Source: Octopus sinensis
Lineage: Eukaryota
Assembly: GCF_006345805.1 (NCBI RefSeq)
Contig: NC_043001.1
Coordinates: forward strand, 42,346,001-42,410,000
Direction of reading: 5' to 3'
Length of the DNA: 64,000 nt
The position numbers were made by a program, and so were the translations under genes. This document shows positions 23,991 through 37,162 of the stretch, in pieces. Positions within the stretch are counted from its first letter, which is position 1. The number at the start of each line of letters is the position of its first letter. The notes beneath the pieces were generated by a model, which searched no databases, had not been told where the DNA came from, and was given only the letters and a program-made list of their open reading frames with translations.

Positions 23991-25949
23991 CTCAATAATA
24001 ATATATTATTGGATGATATTTTAGCATTCCTAAAGACAAAGTTGACCTTGCAATCTAAGAAACTACTGCTAGAAATCTCTGTGTGTGCACTTCTCAAAGG
24101 AAATATCAGAATTAGAATTAATTGAAATAAATATCATTTAGTATCTTATATGTTATAATAAATTTTTGTAATTGATAACAGATTTTATGTGAATGAGCAA
24201 GCATTGTAGAACAAAAGGTTAGCTCCTACCTTTTTCTACCTAAACATAGTTTGAGCTTCACTAATGCCTCTGGGAAAGGTATAAACGTCATATTATCTAC
24301 TACAAAACAAACACCTAAGTTTTTAGCTATTTCAAAAAAGAGATGATGTTTTTTGTAAAAAATTGAAATTATAGTTACATACACACACATTCTTTATTGT
24401 ACAAAAAAAAACTTACTAGGTTTAACACAAAACTTATTTGATCACCTGTTGACACTTTTTTTTTTAGATTTTATTTGCTTATTTATTTACATTACATGGC
24501 ATTTTCAACATATTTAAATGTAAATATATACATGTGGATTTAAAAAGTAATGTTTTGCAAGTTCTATTGCAATTGGTTTAGTAGACTATCCCAGTTTATG
24601 TTTATATTGTTAGCATACACAAAGCGTTAATTTCACATACAAATACCAGAATTTCCACATGGATGGAAACCATAAAATGATATTATTTGACATATAGACC
24701 TCATATGAATGAATACAATCTATATACAGTGAATTCATGTTGAGCTTCAGACTTTATTGAGGGAACTTCTTGATCTATGGACCAAAGGTCATACTTTCAG
24801 CCTTGTTAGACCACATCAGCCCCAGCTAATTTAGTAATGCTTATATTCTTCCAATAAGGCTACTTACATATTAATCAATAACCAGGCGAAAAGGAATCAC
24901 CTTATCATATAGATGTAACAATCTGAGTTTGTTAAAAAAATAAAGTAGTACACCATAGAATATGTAAGAAAATTGTCCAAACTTTGCTCTGAAACTCTCT
25001 CAGAAACTAAAATGTATTTATGCAAATATATGTGTAAGTCTATGCAAAATAATTTGCAAAAACAAATACACGCAAACACAAATATCATATGAATATTACA
25101 TATCGATTTACACACAGGTTAATAGGATTGAGGAAATCATATCGTATGCTGTTTATGTCTTTCTTACTGAATACAACCGAGAATCAAAAACAAAAATAAC
25201 TTGAAAAACAGATGAGATATAAATCTCCTTTCCGATGGGACACTAGTCTGTTGCAGGTGACATTTCCAAGACGTGTACAAGCGCTGCATTCAAAGACAGG
25301 AGTGGGGGGAAATGAGGAATTCAAAATCATAATTTATGAGTTAAGTAGTTCATAACAAACGCCCAACTGTCTCATTCTTAAGTATATCACAAGCCAACAG
25401 GGAAGTATCTATGCGGTCATTTGATCTATCAGAAGTAGCGACGAAATTTCTTTAACACTCTACCGTCTAAAAGAAAGGCAGGATACATTCAACAGAATAG
25501 TTCTAGCAATACAAAATGTCGAGATGGTCACGCTGGAACACCTTTGAATACATGTTTGCTTGGTCAGAGCAGCCCTGGGGATAAACGTAAACAATACCAC
25601 ACATTCCTACGTACACGTCCATACATCTATTATATTCCTAAAAACACATACATAATTATACACACAAGTCGGTGCAGTGACATAAAAATAGATTTGAGTT
25701 TAAAAGTTCTTTAACAGAACCAACAAGTGAAGCTTCTAATGTCGTTTGACCCGCTAGAAATAGCAGCCAAATCTCTTAGATCACATTCAACCGTCTGTAA
25801 AAAGAAGAAAAAGGAACTAATTGGATGATGTAATCTTGGATCTTCAAAAAGACAGAATGGTCAAGGTTAAGACGCCTGATTGATCTGAAATAACTTGGAA
25901 ACTGAAAAACAACTCGTGTGAGAAAAGTAAGATTGAAATGTTTCCTTAC

Positions 25950-26125
25950 CTGAACAAGTGTCCATCTCTGTCCACAAAATAACTTCCTCGTTCGTCTCGA
26001 GGCCAATTGGATTCTTTGGATAGAATTTCATAGAACAAGGTGTCCGGCTGACTAAGTAATGTTTCGCGAGTAGTCGTATAAAACATACCGCCAACATTTA
26101 ATTTTACAATCCTTCTGTCAGCCAT
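25950..26125 (-). CDS. First coding exon of a KCTD-family protein (T1-type BTB/POZ tetramerisation domain)
   Basis: Translates MADRRIVKLNVGGMFYTTTRETLLSQPDTLFYEILSKESNWPRDERGSYFVDRDGHLF-AG, with the V.LNVGG..Y.T...TL and YF.DRDG.LFR signatures; GTAAGG donor at 25949 (phase 2); in-frame upstream stop at 26174-26176; CpG-rich. Confidence 0.93.
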
Positions 26126-28500
26126 CGCAACCCGAAAGGCAGTTCTCTTTGTATACTTATTCAGTTTCCTGTGTCAAAACTTTCTCTTGTGAAAATTCTT
26201 ACTGCTGTATGCAGCGAAAACAGTTGGAATAAACCGGGAGTTCCAAACTATGGACAAATGTAGCAAGTTTAACATATGTCAAACTTTCTTTTTGTGTGAC
26301 TATTATGTGATGTTACCAAAAGATATGAGTATTCTTTCTTAAATTTTAATCTTCAACGTTTTATGAGTATATTAAAATATATTTTCGTAGAGAATGCCAT
26401 AAAATTTGGAAATTATTGAAGGAAATAAACTGCAAAATAAAAAAATATGTTCAGTTGAAAGAGTCTGTTACAAAACACAAAATTTGTTTTTAAACTTAAC
26501 AAACTTTACAAAAATTTATCAAGCTAAGCAGAATATTTCTGATTTGAAATTCCTAAAAAGCAAATCTCTTAATTTTGATAATTTCGAAAGGTCCAATAAT
26601 TCTCTAGATTCTATAAGCCAGTAGCAATGTCATTGATAATTACTAACACATTATATAGCATTAAAAAAAAAATTACTGAAATAAATTCAGAAAATAATAA
26701 CTGCACATTAGTAAGTACAAATATTGAATGACATTTTGATGTCAAATCTTAAGAAACTTTTCATTATTATTACCCAAATGTTAAAAGCTATATTTTTCTT
26801 TAACGGCAATTACTTTTAATTTACTGATCTTCAGAATTTAACTAGAGTATTTTTTTTCTTTAAAAAAGAATAAAAGTATATCGAAATCTTAATCCTTTTA
26901 CATATCATATCAGTATACCAAAAAGTTATAAACAATTTTAAAATATGTATCTTTGATATTCTAAATGTTGATCATATCCTCACTAATTTGGAAAAAAAAA
27001 AAAAGACATCAACATCAACTTGTTAAATGAACTGGAATTTTAAAAGCAATCATCAATACCTGGTCAATTCAAGCAAAATACAGTTAAATTTTATCCAAAC
27101 TAAAAATCTGCTATTGAAAGAAACGACAAGGGCAATTCAATTAAGAGAGAGAGTGGGGGTGGAACAAAGCGCACCATTCCCTTTCACCACTTCCTATTTC
27201 TTACATCTAAGGCAGGCTCTTTAAAGGGCCTGACAATATTTTTTCGCGGGTATGAAGGAATTAAAGTGACCTAAAATAGAGGCTGCATTATAACAAAGAC
27301 ATTCGGAAACTGATGGAGTGTGTATATATGTGTGTAGTTTTTTGTTATTTTTAGTAAACTGTTGACAGTTGTGCCAATTCTTGCATTTTTTTTTTATTCC
27401 ACACTATAATTAGAAAATACCCGAATATAAAACAATATAACAAACCTCATTTAATTTCGGATGATACTTTCACGTCGTTAATAAGTTTCAATAAGGTATA
27501 TTGTAGTTTGTAACATCAAGTAGAATAACGAAAGTAGGTGGGTGACAGAGAAGAATTATTATATTCCACTCTAAACCATCGCGTTTTAACAACTTCTTAT
27601 AATCATTTGCAGGAAATTTATATTTGGTTTTAGCTTAATTTCCTTGGCTGACATAATTTTCTTTATAATTAATTTCAATATATCCCTTGACAAATCAACG
27701 GGCTAGAAATTTTGTAGTTTTAGGCCACATAGACTAACTAGTTGTCAAAATTTCGTTGCAAAATGACACACAGAAGACAATGAGTTAGATATTTGAAATT
27801 TGTTTGACGTGTGTTAAAAGGAGAAACAAAGTGTCGTCCACTTATATGGAAAAATATTTTTGAAAACGTCCGAACTACTAGACAACTTTAGAAATAGCGT
27901 AAAAGAATGCTTTGACATCAAGTTTCGTCTGAGTGTGTGACTGAGTGTGCGTGCCAGCCTAACAGTGGTCGATCAGCTGTGTGCAGAAATAGCACAACTG
28001 CGAAAACTTTTATTAAATAAATAAATGAAAAACCAACTAGCATGAATTTCGATTATTTTCAGTAAATATATACATTGTGGTGACAGGCGGTGACTATGAA
28101 AAGACAATGCGTGTCTGTATGTCTGTATGTGTACACGTACCTACGAGTGCGTGCGCGCGAGAATATACATACATACATACACACACACAGAGGGAGGAAG
28201 AAAGTAAACGTAACACTTTTTTAAAAACAGATTCAAGCTAGGAAAGAATATATATTGTAGTAATACGTTTCTTTAGCATCAGTTGCTCTGTAATCTCGTC
28301 TGAAATCTAGGGATAGTGCGGGCGACAGAACAACGGAGTTATTTCTAAGAATTCCTTAATCGCAAGTGTTCGATGTTAGTGCTGTCTTTGTCACTTGGAA
28401 TTGTATTTGTTAACAAGGGTGAGGTAAGAATGTTGTTAGTTGTTTTAGCCAAAATATTTCCTTTTGAGATACATGAAATAAGTTGCTAATCGTGGAAGTA
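26126..28500. promoter_or_regulatory. CpG-retaining, repeat-poor zone upstream of the KCTD start: probable promoter, possibly bidirectional
   Basis: Many CG dinucleotides (e.g. tttcgcggg, catcgcg, gcgtgcgcgcg, gcgggcgac) against a CpG-depleted background; the same applies to 25080-25950 in intron 1. Confidence 0.55.
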
Positions 28501-28813
28501 CATTATTCTGGCAGAAATTGAGTACATCACTTCATAATAAATTGTTAGGGGTTCAGTGCTGTCTTGGCACAGAAAAATGAACTAATCTCTCTCTTTTCTT
28601 ACTTTATTCAGAATTTTCTCTGGAAAATTAAAACAAGATTAAAACAAAAAGAATTCTATAAAGGATTTGCAGAAGAAAAGTGTCCTACATCTAAGACTGA
28701 TCTTATAAGAATCTACACGCGCGCACACATACATTGTGTGTGTGTGTGTGCGTGCGTGATAGTGATGATGGCATACTGTGCTTTTTTCTGACTTATGAAC
28801 AACTTACCGATAT

Positions 28814-31800
28814 ACATCATCATCATCATCATCGTTTAACGTCCGTTCTCCATGCTAGCATGGGTTGGACGGTTCGACCGGGGATCTGGGAAGCCAGAAA
28901 GCTGCACCAGGCTCCGGTCTTATCTGGCAATGTTTCTACAGCTGGATGTCCTTCCTAACGCCAACCACTCCGTGAGTGTAGTGGGTGCTTTTTACGTGCC
29001 ACCTGCACTGGAGCCAGGCGAGGCTGGCATCGGCCACGGTCGGATTGGTGCATTTTACATGCCACCTGCACGGAAGCCAGTCGAGGTGGCACTGGCTTCG
29101 GCCACGATTCGGATGGTGCTTTTTACGTGCCACCGACACGGAAGCCAGTCGAGGCTGCACTGGCATCGGCCACGATTCGGATAGTGCTTTTTACGTATCT
29201 CCAGTCCAGGGATCTTGGCATCTGCCAGGCGCCAGTCATAGGATTGGTTCAATTTCAATTCCAATTTCACTTGCCCCAACAGGTCTTCGCAAGCATAGGT
29301 GCCTGTCGTTGGATGAGGTTCGATATCGACTTCGCTTGCCTCAACAGGTCTTTGTGTGTCCAAGGGAGGAAAGGCATGCATAAGTGGGCTGGACTCACTT
29401 GTCCTGCCTGGTCTTTTCACGCACAGCATATTTCCAAAGGTCTCGGTCGCAGGTCATTTCCTCAGTGAGACCTAAAGTTCGAAGGTCGTGCTTCACCACC
29501 TCAGCCCAAGTTTTCCTGGATCTACCTCTTCCACGGGTTCCCTCCACTGCTAGGGATTGGCACTTTTTCACACACCTATCTTCATCCATTCTCGCCACAT
29601 GACCATACCAGCGCAATTGTCTCTCTTGCACACCACAACTGATGCTCCTTAAGTCCAACATTTCTCTCAGGCTACTAACGCTCTGTCGAGCATGCACACT
29701 GACATTACACATCCATCGGAGGATACTGGCTTCATTTCTCGCGAGCTTACGCATGTCCTCAGCAGTCACGGCCCATGTTTCACTGCCATGTAGCATGGCT
29801 GTTCGTACACATGCATCATACAGTCTGCCTTTTACTCTGAGCGAGAGGCCTTTAGTCACCAGCAGAGGTAAGAGCTCCCTAAACTTTGCCCAGGCTGTTC
29901 TTACTCTAGCCGTTACACTTTCACCACACCCACCCCCACTACTGACTTGGTCACCAAGATAACGGAAGCTATCACCTACTTCTAGTTTTTCCCCCTGGAA
30001 AGTGACGGAAGTTGTTTTCTGCAGATTTTCAGAGGTTAATGCTCCCGAGCATCTGCCACATACAAAAACTATCTTCCCAGTTAGCCTTCCTTTGACATTG
30101 TTGCACCTCTTATGTGTCCATAGCTTACACTGGGTACATCTTATGGAGTTTCTACCTACACCTTTTCTACAGATCGAGCAGGGCCATCTTCCTGAAGACA
30201 TTTGTGGATTGTCTACCTTCCTACTTATTAGTACTTTGGTTTTAGCTAGGTTGACTCTAAGGCCCCTCGATTCTAGACCCTCCTTCCACACCTGGAACTT
30301 CTCCTCCAGTTCTGATAGTGACTCAGCAATTATAGCAAGGTCGTCAGCATATAGGAGCTCCCAGGGGCAACCTGTCTTGAATTCCTCCGTAATTGCCTGG
30401 AGGACTATGATAAATAGGAGGGGGCTGAGTACTGAACCCTGGTGGACCCCAACCTCTACTTTGAATTCTTCTGTGTACATGTTGCCAACCCTAACCTTAC
30501 TTACGGCATCCCTGTACATGGCTTGCACAGCCCTCACCAGCCATTCATCTATCCCTAGTTTCCTCATTGACCACCAGATGAGGGATCGGGGGACCCTGTC
30601 AAAGGCTTTCTCCATGTCAACGAAAGCCAGGTACAGGGGCTTATCTTTGGCTAGGTATTTCTCCTGCAGCTGTCTCACCAGAAATATGGCATCAGTGGTG
30701 CTTTTCCCTGGCATGAAACCAAACTGCATCTCGTCCAAGTTGGGCTATGACCCTCTCTGTAACCTTCATTACTTGATCCAACAGCTTGATACCTCTGTAA
30801 TTATTTGTATCTAGGGCGTTTCCTTTACCTTTGTAGCAGTTGACTAGTATGCTGCTACACCAGTCATTGGGTATGACTCCTTCGTGTATCACCTGGTTAA
30901 CTATACGGGTGATTAGGTTATAGCCGACACTGCCAGATATTTTGAGCATCTCTGCAGTAATTCCTGATGGGCCTGGGGCTTTCCCTGTCTTCATGCTTCT
31001 AATTGCCTTAACTACCTTGGAACTGTCAACTTGGATGGCTGGTCCCTCTGTTGGGTTGACATTTGGCAGACTCTCTTTATCCCATTCATTTTCTTTATTC
31101 AGCAACCTTTCATAGTGGCATCTCCAAACCTCTCTCTTTGCATCCTCATTTAGCGCAAGTGAACCATCATCCATGCGGACACATTTCTCTCCTACCACAT
31201 CACGATTCTCTCTCACACACTGTCTTGCAACACGAAATACCTCAAGTCTTTCATCCTCACGGCGCAGAACATTGGCAAATTTTTTCTTATCCGCTTCCCC
31301 TCTGGCTAAATACGCCTGTCTCCTAGCTTCCCTTCTGGCTATCTGATACAATTCCCTGCTACCACCGTTCTTCCAGTCCCTCCAAGCCTGTTTCTTTTGT
31401 CTAATAGCCCTGTCAACCACCTTGTTCCACCACCATGTTACTCTGGGTCGAGATGGGACTTTGCTCCATCCACAGATCTGGTCAGTGGCTGTCAGCAGAT
31501 TGTCCCGTAGAAATCTCCAGTTGTCTTCCACATTAAGTGAAGCTATATCCCCTTCTATTTCGTCAAAGGCTTCTAGTAGTATGTCTCTAAATCTCTGTCC
31601 ATTTGCAGGATCTTTAAGCTTCCAGACCCTTCTCCTCCAAGCTGGTCTTCTTCTGGGCAACCATTTAGCTCTGATCCTGATGTCGCTAACTACTAATCTA
31701 TGTTGAGGAGTACATTCTTCACCTGGAAAGGTTTTGGCATTTATAAGCAGCCCTCTTTCCCTCTTTTTGGCGAGGATGTAGTCAATCTGACTAGTGTGTC

Positions 31801-32455
31801 TGCCAGAACAGTAGGTGACTAGGTGAGAGGTGGGTTTCCTGAAGTTGGTATTGCAAACCATAAGGTCATTTGCATCGCAGAACTCCAGCAGCCTGGTTCC
31901 CTCCTCATTTCAGGAGCCAAAACCGTAGCCTCCATGAACGCCATGGAAGCGCCCGACATGCCGTCCAACATGTCCATTGAAATTACCTGCCACAAAGAGA
32001 AGGTTACTGTCATTTGTCAACGAGGTAGTCTGCAATAGGATGTCGTAGAATTGGTCTTTCTGCCCTTCCGGTAGCCCTGGTTGAGGGGCATATGCCGAGA
32101 TGATGGTAGCTGACCTATGTTGAAGCACTGATCTAATCTTAAGTACTCTATCACTTACTCTGACTATCTCGATTACCTTATCTACCCATTTCTCCGCAAG
32201 AAGTATACCCATGCCCCCGACCCCGTCAGTGTTCCCTGCCCAGAAAATCTTGTACCTGTGTTCCTTGCCTGTGAGGAACCTAGCGGAACCTCCTCTCCAC
32301 CTTACTTCCTGGATGCAGCATAAATCCACACGTCTCCGTTCAAGCAGCTCAACAATCTCTCCAGATCTACCTTTCAATGTGCCAACTCTGAGGGTGTGGG
32401 AGGTGTGGGCCTCTGAGACCCTGGGATGAGGGACAGCCATGTCATGTACCTGAAA
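28814..32455 (-). mobile_element. Young, near full-length RTE-clade LINE (APE + RT) with (ATG)n tail
   Basis: APE motifs CCIQEVRW, ISAYAPQ, GNFNGHVG and SQIDYIL; RT motifs KAPGPSG, NYRGIKLL, QFGF, FVDMEKAFDRVP, HQGSVLSPLLF, LLYADDL; CpGs intact; tandem-repeat 3' UTR. Confidence 0.98.
29395..32440 (-). pseudogene. RTE ORF broken by one nonsense codon (31910-31912) and one ~20-nt deletion (~30740)
   Basis: The ORFs ending at 31910 and starting at 31861 are in the same frame across TGA; frameshift at IAQL/GRDAVW; the copy at 56301 has 20 extra nt at this point. Confidence 0.92.
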
Positions 32456-32739
32456 AGATCCTACATATATATATACACAAACAATACACAAATATAATGG
32501 ATTTTATACAATCCCTTATTAATAATTCTTTATTTTGATATATATATATTTTTTCAGGATTAAATAAAAAGACAACAAACAGAAAATATCTCACACACAC
32601 ACACACACATATATAGGGATATCAATATATCTGCATCTACATATCTATATCCACATCTGTATGCTTGTGTGTGTGTGAGTGTATTCATACATATGAACAC
32701 ATGTACATACATATATGTATTCATCCCTACACACACATA

Positions 32740-34010
32740 CACATATATCTTCCTGATTCTTCTATGACCATGCTCTCTTTTATTCACCCTCTTGAACCTT
32801 GAGAGTATGTTCTGGCTCCTCATCACTATCATCTTTATTTCTCATTCTCCATCCATCCACATATAATGTGCAGTTATGGTTAGCTCTGAATCAAACCACC
32901 CAACTGTCCTCCTCACTCTCTGCGGCTCATTAATGTCTCCTAACACAATTGTTTCTCTTTTTTTTCCCATTACTTCCCTCTCTTACAGTTTCTGCTAGTC
33001 TTTCCAGTAACATCTTCCGCTAACAATAACCCTGTTTCTTCTGTCATAATTTTAACTTCATAATACTTTGCCTAAAGATACCACCCTCTCTCCTATTTTC
33101 TCTTTCAGTCATAGAGGTTCTTTAATTTTTCAAGTTAACATAGATAGCAAATAATTTCACTAGTTCTTGTGCCGTGAAAAAAAAAGCATATAACCATAGA
33201 AATCATGTCAAAACTGAGACATTGCAGCAAAAATTGACCCTCCAACTCACTGAATTCTATTGAGCTGTCTAATTCATGCCAGCATAAAAAGCCTTCCATT
33301 TTACTGTATTATTCTGCTGCCCTTCACACTTTCAGTACTGCCAGCCATCACTTACTCTCCCCTGAGCAACTTCTATTAAGACCCATCCTTCCTTCTTATT
33401 TAATTCACTCATATTTACTATGAATTGCTTCTCCACCCTAGTTCATCATTCACTACATGCCTCCCTTATTCCTTATAAAAACCTTCTCTCATTCTTACCC
33501 TACACTCTTACAACTTTTACTCACCTACTCATCCAGATTTATTCCAACAATCTCTTTTCTTCGTGTTCTTGTTTCTTGGTTGTATGCTCAGACATCTCTA
33601 TCTTTATTTTTCTTTTTGGCTGTATCTCAATTACTCTCATCCAACCTTATGTTATGTGGGGTAGCCACATATCTCTTCCACAACACCAAACATGCTCCTG
33701 TCATTTCAACCTCTAAACACCTATCGTAAATTCACTTCCCTCTCTACTACACTCCTACTCAGTAGAAGAGGCTTTTTAGTCTTACAAAATACATGGTACC
33801 CTAACCAGTGCTCGTGATATTAAAAAAATAGCACTCAGTACACTATGTAATATAACTAGCATTAGGAAAGGCATATCACCACAGTAACCAAGCCAAAATT
33901 GACATAATGGAGCTACATTGATCTTTCAACTATTGGATCCTGTCAAAACATCCAAACCAAGCTTGCATGGAAAGTAGAAGTGAAATAATGATGTTAATGA
34001 TGATGATGCT
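32740..34010 (+). mobile_element. Old RTE 3' UTR and tail remnants
   Basis: Pyrimidine-rich tract, then aaaaaatagcactcagtacact...gcttgcatggaaag...gatgatgatg. Confidence 0.55.
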
Positions 34011-34049
34011 ATACAAAAATATATACATAATTGATGTTGTAAATACATA

Positions 34050-35300
34050 GTTTTATGTATTATGTTTTAGGTACTTATAACATGGTACCAGCAGCAGTAA
34101 GGTCGTCAAATAACTCACCCAGAGTTGGATAGGGTGAGTGGGTGGGTAAATTTGTGAGAATGGGAGATGAAGGGGAAGAAATGTTGTGAGTGGACACAAA
34201 TAGAAGGAAAGGGTGTTAGGAGGATATGTTGTAAGGAAGAGATTCAACAAGGGCACATTGTATGCAAGTAGGTTTGCAAGGGTGTGAAGAGAGAGTGGAA
34301 ATAGATGGGAGGGAAATACAAACACTTCCTTCATGGTGGGGCCAAAGGTGTTTGAAACATTGATTGAGGATGAGAGATTTGTCAGGAACAGATTTGTATG
34401 CAAGGGAGTGGACATAAATTACATACCTTTATGGCCTCAGTTTTACTTAGTTGAGTGTGTCTTCTCAAGCACAGTAAATTGCCAGTCATCTCAGTCCTTT
34501 GTCATGTCTTCTATGTGGCTCAACATCTGAAGATTATTTTTCACCACTTCATCACACTTCTTCATGGGTCTTCCTGTTCCACAAGTTCTCTCCACATTTA
34601 AAGATCAGCTTTCTTTATGCAGCTGTCCCTATCCACATGCATCACATGATCATACCAGCAATAATCTTCTCTCTTGCACACTACAACTGATGATTCTTAG
34701 ACACAATTTTTCTTTCAACATATTTAGACTTTGTAATACATGTACACTGACATTGTACATCAAAAGGAGCCAGTGGCTTCATTTCTTTCAAGCTTTCACA
34801 TGTCTTCTTAAGTCACAGCCCACATTTCACTGAACTTTGCCCAGCCAGTTCTAATTCTAACAACTATGCTTTCAGAACATCTTCCTCTGCTGCTAATTTG
34901 GTCACCTAGATAATGGAAACTATCTTCTACCTCCAAGGATCCCCCAGGCATTGGAAGAAATCTATTTCTGTGTGTTCTTAGTATTTATTGTTCCTGCACA
35001 TCCAGCCCTTTGTTAACCTTCCTGTGATTCTACTACATCTCTATGTCCATAGCTTGCACTGGGTGCACCATATGGAATTTCCGCCTCCAGGTCATTTCCC
35101 TAAAGAGATTAGTAATTTGTCTGCTTTGCTGGTTACTAGTACATTAATCTTTGCTAAACTAACTCTAAGGCCCTTTAATTCCAGTTCTTGTTTCCACACC
35201 TGAAAGTTCTTCTCTAATTCTACTATAGATTCAGCTATAAGAATAAGGGCATTAACATAGAGAAGCTCACACAAGCAACCAGTTTTAAATTCTCCTCTTA
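34050..35300 (-). mobile_element. Old RTE fragment (RT C-terminal half plus 3' UTR)
   Basis: EFKTGCLCELLYVNAL and ELEKNFQVWKQELELKGLRVSLAK match the RTE ORF. Confidence 0.85.
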
Positions 35301-35306
35301 TGAAGA

Positions 35307-35998
35307 CAGAAATCCCCATAAATTCATCAAATCAGAATATAAATTCAACCATGTCATAGAATATTATATTTGATACTTACTATTCATGTTCAAAGTTGTT
35401 GACTACACATGTTTCATAAGGTGTATACTATGTTCTTGAGACACACAGTCTCTTACAGAATCTCCCCTTATATACAACTCCAATCTTCAGGTCCACCTAT
35501 CCCCCGTTTATAATTTTGTCTATCATTATATATTTCAACTTACAGGTATATCAAACTATACAGATTTATAAATAAATTCCTAGTATGTCAAAACATATAG
35601 ATGTGCAAATAAATTCACTGAACCCTGCAGTTTAAGCCATAATTAATTAAGAATTAAATGTGAATTATGCCTAAAAATATATATATATAAATGAAAAATG
35701 TATACGAATGCAGAAAAAATATATACTAATGAGAAGAAAATATAAAATTATAAGAATAAAAATTAAAAAGATATATATCTAAATGAAGAGGATGATTAAG
35801 AAACAAATGGGAACTAATATGAATGGCAAAAATTCAGGTAAATGTTACGCGAAAAATACGAATGAAGATATGAAAAGATATATATTTTTTTATATCTTTT
35901 CATATCTTCTTTTGAACAGGAATAGTAAGTATTAAATATAATATTCTATGACATGGTTGAATTTATATTCTGATTTGATGAATTTATGGGGATTTCTG
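35307..35998. repeat. Perfect 65-bp inverted repeat (35307-35371 / 35934-35998) with an internal 19-bp hairpin (35864-35909)
   Basis: Checked base by base. Confidence 0.95.
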
Positions 35999-36178
35999 AT
36001 CTAATGATACTTTGATATATATGTATTTATTTATTGAGAATAATTTGACTTAATATTTTGAACTTGAATATCTCATCCCTGTGACGCTGGAATTGATATT
36101 CCTTTATTATAAAAATATAATTATATATATATATATGTATGTGTATATTCTTCCATTGTTAGGCATATACATATACAT

Positions 36179-36240
<62 letters not shown>

Positions 36241-36319
36241 CAGGTAGCACCAGGTGGTGCTATTAAGTTAGACATGGCCTGGGCCAATACTGGCCAAAAC
36301 CTTTCTAAGTTATTCTAAG

Positions 36320-36399
<80 letters not shown>

Positions 36400-36444
36400 A
36401 TATATATATATATATATGGATATATATATATATATATGGATATA

Positions 36445-36850
<406 letters not shown>

Positions 36851-36869
36851 CATACATACATACATGCAT

Positions 36870-37110
36870 GTGAAGGCATGTGGCCTGGTGCTTAGGGTGT
36901 TGCACTCACAATCACTACATCAGGGGTTCAATTCCCAGACCAAGCGGTGCATTGTGTTCTGGACCAAAAGACTTCATTTCACATTGTGCTGGTTCATTGA
37001 GCTGTAAATGGGTAAGCCTGTGGTGAACTAATCCTGCAATCAGGAAGAATGTCGGCCTGCATTCAAAAGCTAAAACAATGCACTTCAGCATCTAATAGCC
37101 TGATCAATCA
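36870..37110 (+). mobile_element. tRNA-derived CORE-type SINE
   Basis: tggcctggtgcttagg, ggggttcaattccc, ttgtgttctggaccaaaagacttcat. Confidence 0.75.
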
Positions 37111-37117
37111 CATGATA

Positions 37118-37161
<44 letters not shown>

Positions 37162-37162
<1 letters not shown>

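Noticed and set aside
28985-29200. ~53-bp GC-rich repeats as a CRISPR-like array
   Set aside because: No unique spacers; part of the RTE 3' UTR
30002-30814. 270-aa plus-strand ORF
   Set aside because: Antisense shadow of the RTE reverse transcriptase
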